Notes: generated from the letters alone by a model not told the origin. A DNA stretch of 64,000 bases from an uncultured Bdellovibrio sp. (GCA_963932905.1 CAWVRN010000002.1:1-64000), one strand, 5' to 3'; numbered from the stretch's first letter, positions 39,657 through 50,022 are shown. Translations and numbers: made by a program.

Positions 39657-42600
39657 TTAAATTTCTTCTGTTTTATTATTGTCGTTAATATAGTGTTCTG
39701 CTGATTTTCTTCCGAAGCGAAAAAACAATGTGGGCGTCACGATGATGTCCAAAATTGTTGAGCTGATTAATCCCCCGACGATCACGACGGCCACCGGGTA
39801 CAGTACTTCGCTACCGGCGTGTCCCTTGGCGAATACTAAAGGCAGCAAAGCCAATGATGCCACACACGCTGTCATCACAACCGGAACAAGACGTTCCTGT
39901 GAGCCACGAATAATCATTTCTTTGCTGAACGATTCATTTTCGTACTTCATCAGATGCAGATAGTGCGAAATCATCATGATGCCATTGCGTGAGGCCACTC
40001 CGCATAGTGTGATGAAGCCGACCAGACTGGCGACCGTGATTGTTTTGTCAGTTACATAGAGCAAAATAATGCCGCCAATAAACGCCAGTGGGATAGTAGC
40101 CATGATCTGCGCCATGATGGTGGTTGATCGAAAGTGGCTGAATAGAACCATCGCGATTCCTAGTATAGAAATCAGTCCAAACAAAGCAATTTTCTGAGTC
40201 GCAGTCTGCTGGCTTTCAAACTGCCCACCGTAAACAACATAGTAGCCTTCAGGTAAAACCACTTTTGATTTTACTTTATTTTGAATTTCTTCAACCAGGC
40301 TGCCTAGGTCACGCTTACTCACATTCGCGCTAATAACAATCCTTCGCTGACTGTTTTCGCGATTGATTTCATTTGGTCCCGTCGTTTCATAGACGTCGGC
40401 GACATCCTTTAGACGAACTTTTCGACCGTCGGGCATAATCTTTAAAACAGTTTCTTCCATCTTCTCCATGGAGCCACGCGAATTTTCATCAAATTGGAAG
40501 AATACATCGTATAGTCGAGTATCTTCAATCACTTGTGCGACGGTTTCACCATTAAAAGCAACCTCCAGAAGTTCAGTGACTTCCCCAGGGCTAAGTCCAA
40601 AAGCGGCTGCTTCTGGACGCAACACTTTAATTTTTATTTGTGGGATTAAGCCCTGCTGTTCGATTTTTAAATCGACCAAGCCTTGAGTATCTTTAATCGC
40701 CGTGTGTAGCTCGGCCGCTTTTTGTCGAAGCAAAGTTAAATCGGGACCAAATATTTTGATCGCAATCGCTGCGCTGACGCCGGAAAGCATGTGATCTATC
40801 AAATGAGATATGGGTTGTCCCACATTCACACCAACTCCTGGTATTTGAGTCTTCAAATTATTTCTGATTTCTTCAAGTACGACATCTCGAGGGCGTCCGT
40901 TAGGATTGAAATCAACATCGATTTCACTGACATTTACGCCCATGGCATGCTCATCAAGTTCTGCGCGGCCTGTGCGTCGAGACGCTGACTTAATTTCTTT
41001 TGTTTCTAATATTAGTTTTTCGGCTTTTTTTCCCAGTTTGTTTGATTCAGCTAAACTAATCCCTGGTTTAGCAATGATTGAAATCATCGCTGTGCCTTCA
41101 TTAAACTGTGGTAAAAAGTCACGACCCATAAATGGTACTAAGCCGACAGCGAATATGAGTAACCCAGCACTTCCAGCTAGTACTATATTGGAGTGATTTA
41201 AAGACCAATTTAAAATGCGGCGATCTAGATTTTTTAAAGCGATGACTAGTTTAGTATCCCGATGTTCTTTTGGTTTTCCTTTTAAAAAATAAGAACACAA
41301 CACTGGAGTCAATGTCAGTGAAACTACCAATGATGAAATCAGCGCTGTTAAGTAAGCGACACCCAAAGGAGTGAATAGACGGCCCTCTAACCCAGTTAAG
41401 TTAAATAGTGGAAAGAAAACCATCGCGATGATGACAGTGGCCAGTACGATCGAGTTTCTGATTTCGCTAGATGCCTCGAACACGACTTTCAAAGCCGATT
41501 TGGGATTTGAACTTAGACTATTTTCTCGCAATCTACGGAACACATTCTCGACATCCACAATCGAATCATCTACGAGTTCACCGATAGCGATAGCCAATCC
41601 ACCTAGTGTCATCGTGTTTACTGTAAGACCAAAAAAATTAAATACGATTGCGGTTACCAGGAATGAAACAGGGATGGCTGTCAAGGTTATGACTGACATT
41701 CTTAGGTTGGCCAGAAAAACAAACAAAACGATAAATACTAAGATGGTACCAAATTTTAATTTACCTTGAATCCCATTTATTGACGCTTCGATAAAATTTG
41801 ATTGTTTGAAAACATCTGTATGAATCACAACACCTTTTGGCAAAGATGGGCTGACGTCTGTAATTGCTTTTTCCACCGCTTTGGTAATTGAGATGGTGTC
41901 TGCCCCAGGTTGTTTCTGAATCGTTAGCACGACCGAAGGGTTTCCATTGAAACTACCGTCGCCGCGTTTTAGTCGAGGAGCTTCAACGACTTCGGCTATG
42001 TCGCTGACGCGGATGGGTTTTCCAAAGTGCATTCCGATCAATGATTGTTTGATATCGTCAATGTCTTCCACAATACCGATATTTCTGACTAGAAATTCTT
42101 GTCCTGATTTTTCTAAAAATCCACCTGTGGTGTTTTGACTGATTTGCGAAAGAACTTTATTTAGCTGTTCCATCGTCAATTGATAGCGATTCATTTTTTC
42201 TGCGGAAACTAAAACTTGGTATTGTTTTAATCCACCGCCAATCGCGATGACCTGAGATACACCTTGGATCGTCATTAAACGAGGACGAACAACCCACTCG
42301 GCTAAATTACGCAGTTCCATGGGGCTAATTTGATTTGAGTCTGTCGTTAGTGCGATCTGTTGAATTTGTCCCATCAAAGATCCAATGGGGCCCATGATGG
42401 GCGTGATGTCTTTTGGTAGTCGTTCTTTGGATAGATTCAACTTTTCCTGAACGAGTTGACGGCTTCGATAAATATCGGTGCCCCATTCGAATTCTACGTA
42501 AATCGCGGATAATCCAATTCCTGACTGCGAACGAATTCGTTCCACACCTGGGATGCCGTTCAAATAGCTTTCAATCGGTAATGTCACTCGAGTTTCCACT

Positions 42601-42779
42601 TCTTCAGGTGCCATACCATGCGATTCCGTGACGATCGTTACCGTAGGTTTAGTGATGTCGGGAAAGACATCAATTGGTAAATTTTTAAGAGTGATTGAAC
42701 CATACACAATCAGTAATGCCGTCATAGCAATCACCAACAAACGATGGTTCAATGCAAATCTAATAATAGAGTTAAGCAC
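39657..42779 (-). CDS. CzcA/CusA-family heavy-metal RND permease
   Basis: LPIDVFPD, TM4 GELVDDSIVDVEN, ERLVPVVMT; 1040 aa. Confidence 0.95.
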   Translation of the reverse strand: MLNSIIRFALNHRLLVIAMTALLIVYGSITLKNLPIDVFPDITKPTVTIVTESHGMAPEEVETRVTLPIESYLNGIPGVERIRSQSGIGLSAIYVEFEWGTDIYRSRQLVQEKLNLSKERLPKDITPIMGPIGSLMGQIQQIALTTDSNQISPMELRNLAEWVVRPRLMTIQGVSQVIAIGGGLKQYQVLVSAEKMNRYQLTMEQLNKVLSQISQNTTGGFLEKSGQEFLVRNIGIVEDIDDIKQSLIGMHFGKPIRVSDIAEVVEAPRLKRGDGSFNGNPSVVLTIQKQPGADTISITKAVEKAITDVSPSLPKGVVIHTDVFKQSNFIEASINGIQGKLKFGTILVFIVLFVFLANLRMSVITLTAIPVSFLVTAIVFNFFGLTVNTMTLGGLAIAIGELVDDSIVDVENVFRRLRENSLSSNPKSALKVVFEASSEIRNSIVLATVIIAMVFFPLFNLTGLEGRLFTPLGVAYLTALISSLVVSLTLTPVLCSYFLKGKPKEHRDTKLVIALKNLDRRILNWSLNHSNIVLAGSAGLLIFAVGLVPFMGRDFLPQFNEGTAMISIIAKPGISLAESNKLGKKAEKLILETKEIKSASRRTGRAELDEHAMGVNVSEIDVDFNPNGRPRDVVLEEIRNNLKTQIPGVGVNVGQPISHLIDHMLSGVSAAIAIKIFGPDLTLLRQKAAELHTAIKDTQGLVDLKIEQQGLIPQIKIKVLRPEAAAFGLSPGEVTELLEVAFNGETVAQVIEDTRLYDVFFQFDENSRGSMEKMEETVLKIMPDGRKVRLKDVADVYETTGPNEINRENSQRRIVISANVSKRDLGSLVEEIQNKVKSKVVLPEGYYVVYGGQFESQQTATQKIALFGLISILGIAMVLFSHFRSTTIMAQIMATIPLAFIGGIILLYVTDKTITVASLVGFITLCGVASRNGIMMISHYLHLMKYENESFSKEMIIRGSQERLVPVVMTACVASLALLPLVFAKGHAGSEVLYPVAVVIVGGLISSTILDIIVTPTLFFRFGRKSAEHYINDNNKTEEI

Positions 42780-42843
42780 AGTGTCCCCTTATAGAGCTAA
42801 AGTAGTAAGTATTTGAATGCTTCTAATTGTTAAGAAATAACAA

Positions 42844-43188
42844 TTAAGCTCGAGGAGGTTGAAAAGGTCCGTCTAAGGTTGGAGATTTCTTTGCGGAAAA
42901 TAAAGTATCTTCATGAACAACAGAAGTTACTTCTAATAAAATAAAACGATCACTTTTGGCTAACGCTGTTATTGGATTGCAACCATTCATACGGTGCTGT
43001 GGACACGCACACTCGCTACCGCAATCAGATTTCTTACTATGTGACTCTTCATCGCTATGTTGGTGGCTAACAGAATTTGATTCAGAGGAATGACCGCATG
43101 AATGAGCATGATACGGTTTAAAAAATAACGCCAAAATCATAAAACAAAGTGAAAGTATAAATAAAGTTTTAAACTGGTTTTGGCGCAT
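42844..43188 (-). CDS. His/Cys-rich small exported protein, putative leader of the RND operon
   Basis: Hydrophobic N-terminus; HAHSCGH..HQH; CGSECAC; ends GPFQPPRA. Confidence 0.7.
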   Translation of the reverse strand: MRQNQFKTLFILSLCFMILALFFKPYHAHSCGHSSESNSVSHQHSDEESHSKKSDCGSECACPQHRMNGCNPITALAKSDRFILLEVTSVVHEDTLFSAKKSPTLDGPFQPPRA

Positions 43189-43251
43189 TTATATCTAAAG
43201 GTTAGGTTTTAAAGTCTCAAAAGTCAATTTGGTCGCACCTATATGAGACGT

Positions 43252-44037
43252 TTACCAAAGTTTTCCTTCAATCGACAAATAAACTAGAGTTTGATTCTCT
43301 GTCCCCGGATTTGGACCTATCGTAGACGGCAATGCTAAACCCGGCACGATTTGCCATTCACCAATGTCGATTCCGTAGCGAATACTAGGGCTTACAATGA
43401 ATTGTGACCCCCATTCCGTTTGGTTCTTGCCAGTCGTAGTTTCTTTTTGGGATGAGGCAAATTCTAACATGAAGTTGAAACTGTCTGTTAACAGGTACAC
43501 ATTGCTTAAATTCCAGAAAAATCGATTGTTATCGGCGGTATCGCCACTAGCGATTTTCGCTTTGGGAGTGTGCGAGGCACCAACATTCCAGTGCTGAACC
43601 CACTTTTCGGAAATTTTAACAGAGGTAACTAAGGAGGCTTCGTAACTACTTACACCGGCTCCTAAACCGTCCTCGAATTTACCAGTGGTTGTTACATAAC
43701 TTAAACGACCCGTAGTTGTGAATTTTTCGTTGCCGTAAATTTCATAACGATAGTTAAGTTTAATATCGCCGAGTCCTGTTTTATCTGTGGATTCGACGTG
43801 GCTATAAGGAAGTTCATACGAAAACTGGTGATCGCGTGATAAAATCGGAAGTTCGTTAATGAAAACGTAATTCCAATCTTTTGTTTTATTAGATTTTTGG
43901 TATACGTTGATGAATTGAACAACGCCCGGATCTTGATTGTAGGCTTCTTCAACTAGAAATGAGTTGTCTTCAACTGGTTCTGCTAGTGATAGAAATGAAA
44001 AACACGAAATAAGAACTAAAATTTTAGTAAAATTCAT
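43252..44037 (-). CDS. Outer-membrane beta-barrel transporter (MetA-pathway/phenol-degradation-like)
   Basis: DNSFLVEEAYNQ, GLGDIKLNYRY, PSIRY; terminal W. Confidence 0.7.
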   Translation of the reverse strand: MNFTKILVLISCFSFLSLAEPVEDNSFLVEEAYNQDPGVVQFINVYQKSNKTKDWNYVFINELPILSRDHQFSYELPYSHVESTDKTGLGDIKLNYRYEIYGNEKFTTTGRLSYVTTTGKFEDGLGAGVSSYEASLVTSVKISEKWVQHWNVGASHTPKAKIASGDTADNNRFFWNLSNVYLLTDSFNFMLEFASSQKETTTGKNQTEWGSQFIVSPSIRYGIDIGEWQIVPGLALPSTIGPNPGTENQTLVYLSIEGKLW

Positions 44038-44106
44038 ATGATGGCTCCCCTTAAGTAAAAACTGTAACGTTTATAACTTTGTTTGAGTAGCCAAGATTTC
44101 TTGAAT

Positions 44107-44268
44107 CTAATCTTTAGGCTTACGTACGGAGCTCATCATGATCCCCAGTAAACCCAGCGTGAAAAAAGCGGCGATGATGGGATCGTGGGGATTCATTTTG
44201 TAAAATCCGAATCCCCCTATTAGACAAAGGGCTGTAAGAAGTAAGATTTTGAATCTTTTAATTGCCAC
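44107..44268 (-). CDS. Small two-helix membrane protein (53 aa, absent from ORF track)
   Basis: GTG start overlaps the upstream TAG; MAIKRFKILLLTALCLIGGFGFYKMNPHDPIIAAFFTLGLLGIMMSSVRKPKD. Confidence 0.6.
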   Translation of the reverse strand: MAIKRFKILLLTALCLIGGFGFYKMNPHDPIIAAFFTLGLLGIMMSSVRKPKD

Positions 44269-45365
44269 TATTTTCCTACTTCAGATTTTTTAAGTTCTGT
44301 TTTTCCAGTGTAGTCCGGTGGAATAAAGTCGGGAGTATGTGGATATCTAAAACTTTTGTATGCTTGCAAAGAGGGTGATCCCGCATCGTGATACGATTGA
44401 TCCCAGAGGTGAGCGAGCGCTACTGCTGAACGAGCCATATGAAGAACGATTAGGTCTTTAAATTTTTTAAAGCCCACTTCGGCAGGGCTGCGTTCTGCAG
44501 GAGTTTTAATGTCCATTCCCTTATCGCTTTTAATTTCAGATTTTTTCAATACCGGATCTAGCTTTAAGACTTTTTCGATATCTTTAGCAGCTAGTGTATT
44601 TAAGTGCTGCATGATTTCGATCGTTGTTCCACTTGTTAATTTCGCGTCTTTAATTGTCTTGGCTTTATCCGCGATTAACTTTTGCATATCCGGACCAAAG
44701 TAAGCGACGGTTTGTTCTTCATAGTAAGAATGAATTCCGCCATGCTGAGCTTTCCAGCCGTCATGATCGGATGTAGCGTGAAATGGCTGAGAGGCATCGC
44801 CGACGTAATGTCCCATGATACCCATATATTGGATCATGCTAAAGACTGCTTGGTTGTAGGGAAGTTTGTCGTCTTGTTCTTCTTTATAATTTTTCGGAGT
44901 TACAATATTTGAAAATGAAGGTTTTAATTCAGTGATTAAACGGAAAAATTGATCTGCCCGCCACCACAAGGAACCCATTTCTTTAGGAATAGAAAAGATT
45001 TTGTTCCCGTTGTTTTTAAAAAGATTTTCTGTGCCCGTGTATTTTTCCATAATGGATTTGTAGTCTTTAGGCAGGGTCGAAGCATCCATTCCAATAATTT
45101 CAGGATCTATGTAGTGTGTGGGATTGCCAACTTCGCCGACATCGGGTCCCAGCGATTTCCAGTAAATGTCAGGAATGTTGCAAAGGTGACCCATGCTATG
45201 CATACGAAATCTTAAAAACGGACGAAGTGCATCGTCTTTTACTAAGTGAGTAGCCGCGATACAAATCTCATGATGTCCGCGGTTTCCCCAAGAGAAGGCT
45301 TTTTCAGAAAAAAAAGATGTTATTAAAACAAGAACACCGATTTTAGAAATTGTAGAAATATGCAT
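44268..45365 (-). CDS. Secreted S1/P1 nuclease or Zn-dependent phospholipase C superfamily enzyme
   Basis: AFS|WGNRGHH, PD, HYID, GHYVGDASQPFH, HSYYE. Confidence 0.85.
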   Translation of the reverse strand: MHISTISKIGVLVLITSFFSEKAFSWGNRGHHEICIAATHLVKDDALRPFLRFRMHSMGHLCNIPDIYWKSLGPDVGEVGNPTHYIDPEIIGMDASTLPKDYKSIMEKYTGTENLFKNNGNKIFSIPKEMGSLWWRADQFFRLITELKPSFSNIVTPKNYKEEQDDKLPYNQAVFSMIQYMGIMGHYVGDASQPFHATSDHDGWKAQHGGIHSYYEEQTVAYFGPDMQKLIADKAKTIKDAKLTSGTTIEIMQHLNTLAAKDIEKVLKLDPVLKKSEIKSDKGMDIKTPAERSPAEVGFKKFKDLIVLHMARSAVALAHLWDQSYHDAGSPSLQAYKSFRYPHTPDFIPPDYTGKTELKKSEVGK

Positions 45366-45372
45366 GAATACC

Positions 45373-45403
45373 TCGATCCTTGATTTATGATATCAAGGAT
45401 CGA
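45373..45403. promoter_or_regulatory. 12-bp inverted repeat abutting the RBS of the S1/P1 gene
   Basis: TCGATCCTTGAT-N7-ATCAAGGATCGA. Confidence 0.45.
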
Positions 45404-45518
45404 AAAATTCAAGCAGTAATCACCATTGAAATCCTTGCTCATAACAGAATCCTGACGAACGCGCGGTGAAAGCTTGCTCAGAAACGATATGCAAATCGCC
45501 TTATAGTAATAAAGAAAT

Positions 45519-46394
45519 CTATCGTTTACCTAAATAAGCCGGAGCCTGGCTACGACCAAAAAAGCCAGCCAGCAATACGATAGTCAACACGTAGGGAAGA
45601 ATTTGAATCCACTGAACTGGAATTATAAATCCATTGATAGGTACACCTTGCAGGCGAATCTGAAGAGCATCAAAAATTCCAAATACTAAACAACCGACAA
45701 GTGTAGGCACCGGCTTCCATTTACCAAGAATCAAGGCACTCAAGGCAATGAAACCACGACCACCAGTCATCAAAGGTGAATAGGCCGACGATAAAAATAA
45801 AGATAAACTAGCGCCGCCCAAGGCCGCTAGTCCGCCGCACAGGAAAACACTGATCCATCTGACTTTTTCAACAGAAACTCCGCAAGCGGTTAATCCATCA
45901 GGATATTCGCCAGCGAACTGAATCCAATAACCCCAGCGGGTTTTGGAAATCAGAAAATAAATTCCAATCACAACAGCAAAGGCAAACGCAGTTACTTCGT
46001 AAGATAATCGAAGTTCAATAGGAATAGGCGGCGTTGAGCCCGTAGAATTAAAAATAAATTTAGTCAGAAACGGAATCAAACCCATCATTAAAAAATTAAA
46101 ACCAGTTCCCGCAACGATCGCGTCTGTTTTTAACCGAACTACTAGCAAACTAAATAGTAAGCTAGCGAAAGCACCGCACATGAAGGCCATTAAAAAACCA
46201 AGGTAGGATGAGTGCGTAATATGTGCGAATACGGCGCCAGAGAATGCTCCGGCCAACATAAATCCTTCAAGGCCAATTTGTACTACACCCGATTTTTCAC
46301 TTAGCAAACCCGCTTGGGCCGCAAAAATTAGCGGAGTTGAAACTCGTAGGGCACTGAGAACAAAACCTAAAGAAAAAATATCGATTTCGCCCAT
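45519..46394 (-). CDS. Nucleoside/sugar ABC permease (NupC-like)
   Basis: SEKSGVVQIGLEG, GRGFIAL, LPYVLT. Confidence 0.9.
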   Translation of the reverse strand: MGEIDIFSLGFVLSALRVSTPLIFAAQAGLLSEKSGVVQIGLEGFMLAGAFSGAVFAHITHSSYLGFLMAFMCGAFASLLFSLLVVRLKTDAIVAGTGFNFLMMGLIPFLTKFIFNSTGSTPPIPIELRLSYEVTAFAFAVVIGIYFLISKTRWGYWIQFAGEYPDGLTACGVSVEKVRWISVFLCGGLAALGGASLSLFLSSAYSPLMTGGRGFIALSALILGKWKPVPTLVGCLVFGIFDALQIRLQGVPINGFIIPVQWIQILPYVLTIVLLAGFFGRSQAPAYLGKR

Positions 46395-46395
46395 G

Positions 46396-47457
46396 TTACA
46401 TATTTCCTGAAGAGTTTATTTTTTTCTTTTTAAAGAAACCAAAATTCACGCCGTATTTATTTAAGTAATACTGAAGACCGACGCCAAATAAAACCATAGC
46501 TTGAATAATTTTAGAGAAATCTTTCGTGATCGTTTCAGTTTCAATATCTAGATCGCTGGCACCTTTATGAAACAAGGACATGATAAATGCATTGGCAATA
46601 ATTCCAAGGGGATGATTGTTTGACATAAGTGCCACCGCTATCCCCATAAACCCAAATTCAGGCGAGAATCCAATTTTGTATTGCCCGCTGTAGCCAATAA
46701 CTTCATTCATTCCTGCACCGCTAGCCAAAACGCCAGATAAGACTAAACTAATCACGACAAATTTCTTAGATGAAATAGAAGCGCGCTCCGCCGCTGATGG
46801 GTTTTCGCCCACGGCAATCATTTCGTATCCCAATACGGATTTAGTGAAAAAGAAATACATTCCGACCGCAGTTAGAATGGCGATAATAAAGAATAGGTTG
46901 ACCGGCGATTCTGGTAATAGCTTATTTAAAAAATCAAACGAATTTGTCCTGAACGCATCGCTAATTACAGCGCTTTCCGGATTTTGCGAATCAGGGTTTT
47001 GTAGCTTTTGCGAAATAAAATAACTAGAAATACCTGCCGATACAAAGTTCAGCATCATAGTGACGATGACTTCATGGCTGCCGCGATAGGCTTTCAACAG
47101 GCCGGGGATCGCGCCCCAAATTGCACCCGATAAAATGCCAACCAATAATATCATCAATAAACTGCCAGGAAATGTAATGCCTGGGTACGAAGTCGCAAAT
47201 ACAACCATACAGAGTGCACTAAAATTCAATTGCCCTTCGGCACCGATATTAAACAATCCTGATTTGAATGCGGTGGACACCGATAAACCCGTGAAAATCA
47301 GCGAGGTCATGTAAAACAAAGTTAAACCGAAATCATATTTACTGCCAAAACTGCTGCGTATTAGGATTTCCAAGATATGAAGAGGATTTTCGCCTGCCAG
47401 TAAGACAATCATCAGGGCGCAGAATAAGCCGAATAGGAATCCAAAGAATGACTTCAT
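46396..47457 (-). CDS. Nucleoside/sugar ABC permease (NupB-like)
   Basis: GLFNIGAEGQ, HEVIVTMMLN, GFMGIAVAL. Confidence 0.9.
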   Translation of the reverse strand: MKSFFGFLFGLFCALMIVLLAGENPLHILEILIRSSFGSKYDFGLTLFYMTSLIFTGLSVSTAFKSGLFNIGAEGQLNFSALCMVVFATSYPGITFPGSLLMILLVGILSGAIWGAIPGLLKAYRGSHEVIVTMMLNFVSAGISSYFISQKLQNPDSQNPESAVISDAFRTNSFDFLNKLLPESPVNLFFIIAILTAVGMYFFFTKSVLGYEMIAVGENPSAAERASISSKKFVVISLVLSGVLASGAGMNEVIGYSGQYKIGFSPEFGFMGIAVALMSNNHPLGIIANAFIMSLFHKGASDLDIETETITKDFSKIIQAMVLFGVGLQYYLNKYGVNFGFFKKKKINSSGNM

Positions 47458-48974
47458 TGCACGACTCCAAGCATACTACGGCCAATTTCTTTTTCGCTGA
47501 AGTTAGCTCGAATTTGTTCGCCCATGATTTTTCCATTACGTACAACTAAAATACGATCAGATAGTTTTAATAATTCATCAAGCTCGCTAGAGATCAGTAA
47601 GACGCCTTTGCCTTTTTCTTGGGCTTGAATCAGTTGTTCGTGAATCAATTCAATAGCACCTATATCAACCCCGCGTGTCGGGTGAGCCGCGATGATAATT
47701 TCAGGATCGTGAAACAGTTCACGTGCGACGACGATCTTTTGCTGGTTACCACCAGAGAAAGCGTTGAAGTCTAGATTGATGTTGTTGGGTTCAACTTTAA
47801 ATTTGTCGAACATCGATTGAGTCAGCGTTTTAATTTTGGCCCAATCTAACGCGCCTTTAGAAAACCACTTCGATTTTCTTTGATAACCTAAGATGAAATT
47901 TTGAAATGCTTTTAATTCTGGAAGTACACCCAACTTCAAACGATCTTCAGGAAAAATCCCGATGGGTAATTCACGGGTACCGTACGCGCCCAGTGTCTGA
48001 GCATCTTTACCCAAAATCGTGGCTTTGCCGGTATAATCATATTTTTTAGAATTCAAAATAAACGGAATCAGTTTTTCTTGACCGTGTCCTTCGATACCTG
48101 CGATTCCTAGGATTTCACCACGGTGAAGTGTCAAATTTAAATGAAAATCTTTGTTTTCGTCCTTGAACTGTACGTTATCTAGTTTCAATAATTCTTCTTC
48201 GCCCGTGAATTTTTCAAACGCGCGCTTTTCAAACGAAACGGGTTTGCCCACCATTCGTGATGCCATTTCTTTTTCATCTAGTTCGCTTGCGGGATAAGTC
48301 CCAACCATTTGGCCTTTGCGGAAAATAGTGATGGTGTCAGCGATACGTTTTACTTCTTTTAATTTATGAGTGATCAGAATGACGGTCTTGCCTTGGTTTT
48401 TTAGTTCCAGCAATTGATTCAATAGCTCGTCAATTTCATGCGGAGTAAGTACCGCCGTCGGTTCATCGAAAATCAAAATCTGATTATCCAGACAAAGCAG
48501 TTTTAAAATTTCAATTTTCTGCTGAATCCCAACACCTAGGTCGCGAACTAATGTATCCCAAGGGATATCAAACTTATATAGTTTTGCCGTAGCTTTGATC
48601 TTTTCGATTTTATCTTTTTTAAAATAGGGCTCTAAGGCTTTTTGGTTCGGATCCACAAGAAGGACATTTTCTAAAGCCGTGTGGGCTGGGCTTAGCATGA
48701 AATGCTGATGAACCATACCGATTTTGTATTTCATAGCATCGATTGGGGAACTAAAACGAACTTCTTTGGAATTTACTTTTATTAATCCCGCATCGGCAGA
48801 ATAAATCCCGAATAGGATCTTCATGATAGTAGACTTGCCAGCGCCGTTCTCGCCAATGATGGCATGAATGGTGTTACGTTGAATGCCGAAGGAAATATCT
48901 CGATTGGCCCATACGTTGCCAAAGCGTTTACCTACGTTCGAGAATTCAATTTCTGGACCAGAGTTAATTTCCAT
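47454..48974 (-). CDS. ABC ATPase, two-domain CUT2 type (NupA-like)
   Basis: GENGAGKST, DEPT, SGGNQQK, PTRGVD. Confidence 0.93.
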   Translation of the reverse strand: MEINSGPEIEFSNVGKRFGNVWANRDISFGIQRNTIHAIIGENGAGKSTIMKILFGIYSADAGLIKVNSKEVRFSSPIDAMKYKIGMVHQHFMLSPAHTALENVLLVDPNQKALEPYFKKDKIEKIKATAKLYKFDIPWDTLVRDLGVGIQQKIEILKLLCLDNQILIFDEPTAVLTPHEIDELLNQLLELKNQGKTVILITHKLKEVKRIADTITIFRKGQMVGTYPASELDEKEMASRMVGKPVSFEKRAFEKFTGEEELLKLDNVQFKDENKDFHLNLTLHRGEILGIAGIEGHGQEKLIPFILNSKKYDYTGKATILGKDAQTLGAYGTRELPIGIFPEDRLKLGVLPELKAFQNFILGYQRKSKWFSKGALDWAKIKTLTQSMFDKFKVEPNNINLDFNAFSGGNQQKIVVARELFHDPEIIIAAHPTRGVDIGAIELIHEQLIQAQEKGKGVLLISSELDELLKLSDRILVVRNGKIMGEQIRANFSEKEIGRSMLGVVQ

Positions 48975-49038
48975 TAGAACTTTCTAGAGTTTGTTTTAAG
49001 TCTACGTAAACAAACTCTAAGCTGAATTCAAAATCAGA

Positions 49039-50022
49039 TTACTTTTTTTTCATCAAATAAAAATCAGGAACAACGATTTTACCAGAAACGATATCGGCTT
49101 TGATGGCATCCAATTTTTTAACATCGTCTTTTGTGACGAGCTTTTCATTGTATTTATCCATAGCGTAATCTATGCCTTTGTCTTTCAAACCATAGCGAAC
49201 CGTGCCCGACGTGAATTTGCCATCTTTTAAATCTTTGATCGTTGCATACACGCCTTGATCTACGCGTTTAAGCATGGATGTTAAGATAAATCCTGGTTTC
49301 ATCCAGTTTTGATTGCTGTCAACACCAATAGCGAGTTTCTTTTTCTCTTCAGCGGCATCGAATACGCCGGAATTAGACGCACCGGCGGCTACGAAAATAA
49401 TATCGGCACCTTGTTGATATTGGTTCAGTGCTAGCTCTTTCGCTTTAGCGGGATTGTTCCAAGAATCAGCGGTGATACCGATGTAGTTTTCAAGAACAGT
49501 GAACGACTTATCGAAATGTTTAACACCCGCTTCGTAACCCACAGCAAATCGACGAATTAAAGGAATATCCATTCCACCGATATAGCCCACTTTTTTAGTT
49601 TTAGATTTCATGGCCGCAAGGTAGCCAACAAGGAATGAACCTTGGTGTTCTTCAAACATTAACGAACGAACATTGCTAGCAGACACTTCACCGTCAACTA
49701 TCACAAATTTTGTGTCTGGATTTTGAGCTGCCACTTTTTTAACCGCGTCTTGCTGAGCAAACCCGATTCCAATGACTAGGTCGAATTTCTTCTTTGCGAA
49801 CTGGCGATGTAAATTTTCGATAGAATTTACGTCGGTGGCCTCGACATATTTCAATTCGATCCCTAATTCTTTTTCAGCAAGGGTGGCACCTTGGTAAGCA
49901 GCCGAGTTAAATGACTTATCTTCTTTACCACCTTTGTCTAGAACTAGACCTATTTTTAACTTCTCGGCAGTTTGCCCCAACAGGGCGAAAAAGAACAACG
50001 CTAGGGTGCATTTTATAAACAT
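49039..50022 (-). CDS. BMP-family ABC substrate-binding protein (nucleoside)
   Basis: DKSFNSAA, GADIIF, IGVDSNQ, TSMLKRVD. Confidence 0.92.
   Translation of the reverse strand: MFIKCTLALFFFALLGQTAEKLKIGLVLDKGGKEDKSFNSAAYQGATLAEKELGIELKYVEATDVNSIENLHRQFAKKKFDLVIGIGFAQQDAVKKVAAQNPDTKFVIVDGEVSASNVRSLMFEEHQGSFLVGYLAAMKSKTKKVGYIGGMDIPLIRRFAVGYEAGVKHFDKSFTVLENYIGITADSWNNPAKAKELALNQYQQGADIIFVAAGASNSGVFDAAEEKKKLAIGVDSNQNWMKPGFILTSMLKRVDQGVYATIKDLKDGKFTSGTVRYGLKDKGIDYAMDKYNEKLVTKDDVKKLDAIKADIVSGKIVVPDFYLMKKK

Noticed and set aside
39730..42816. Many short plus-strand ORFs antisense to the RND gene (likewise within aceE, rnr, valS and the flagellins)
   Set aside because: Typical antisense shadow frames of well-supported genes; no independent signals.
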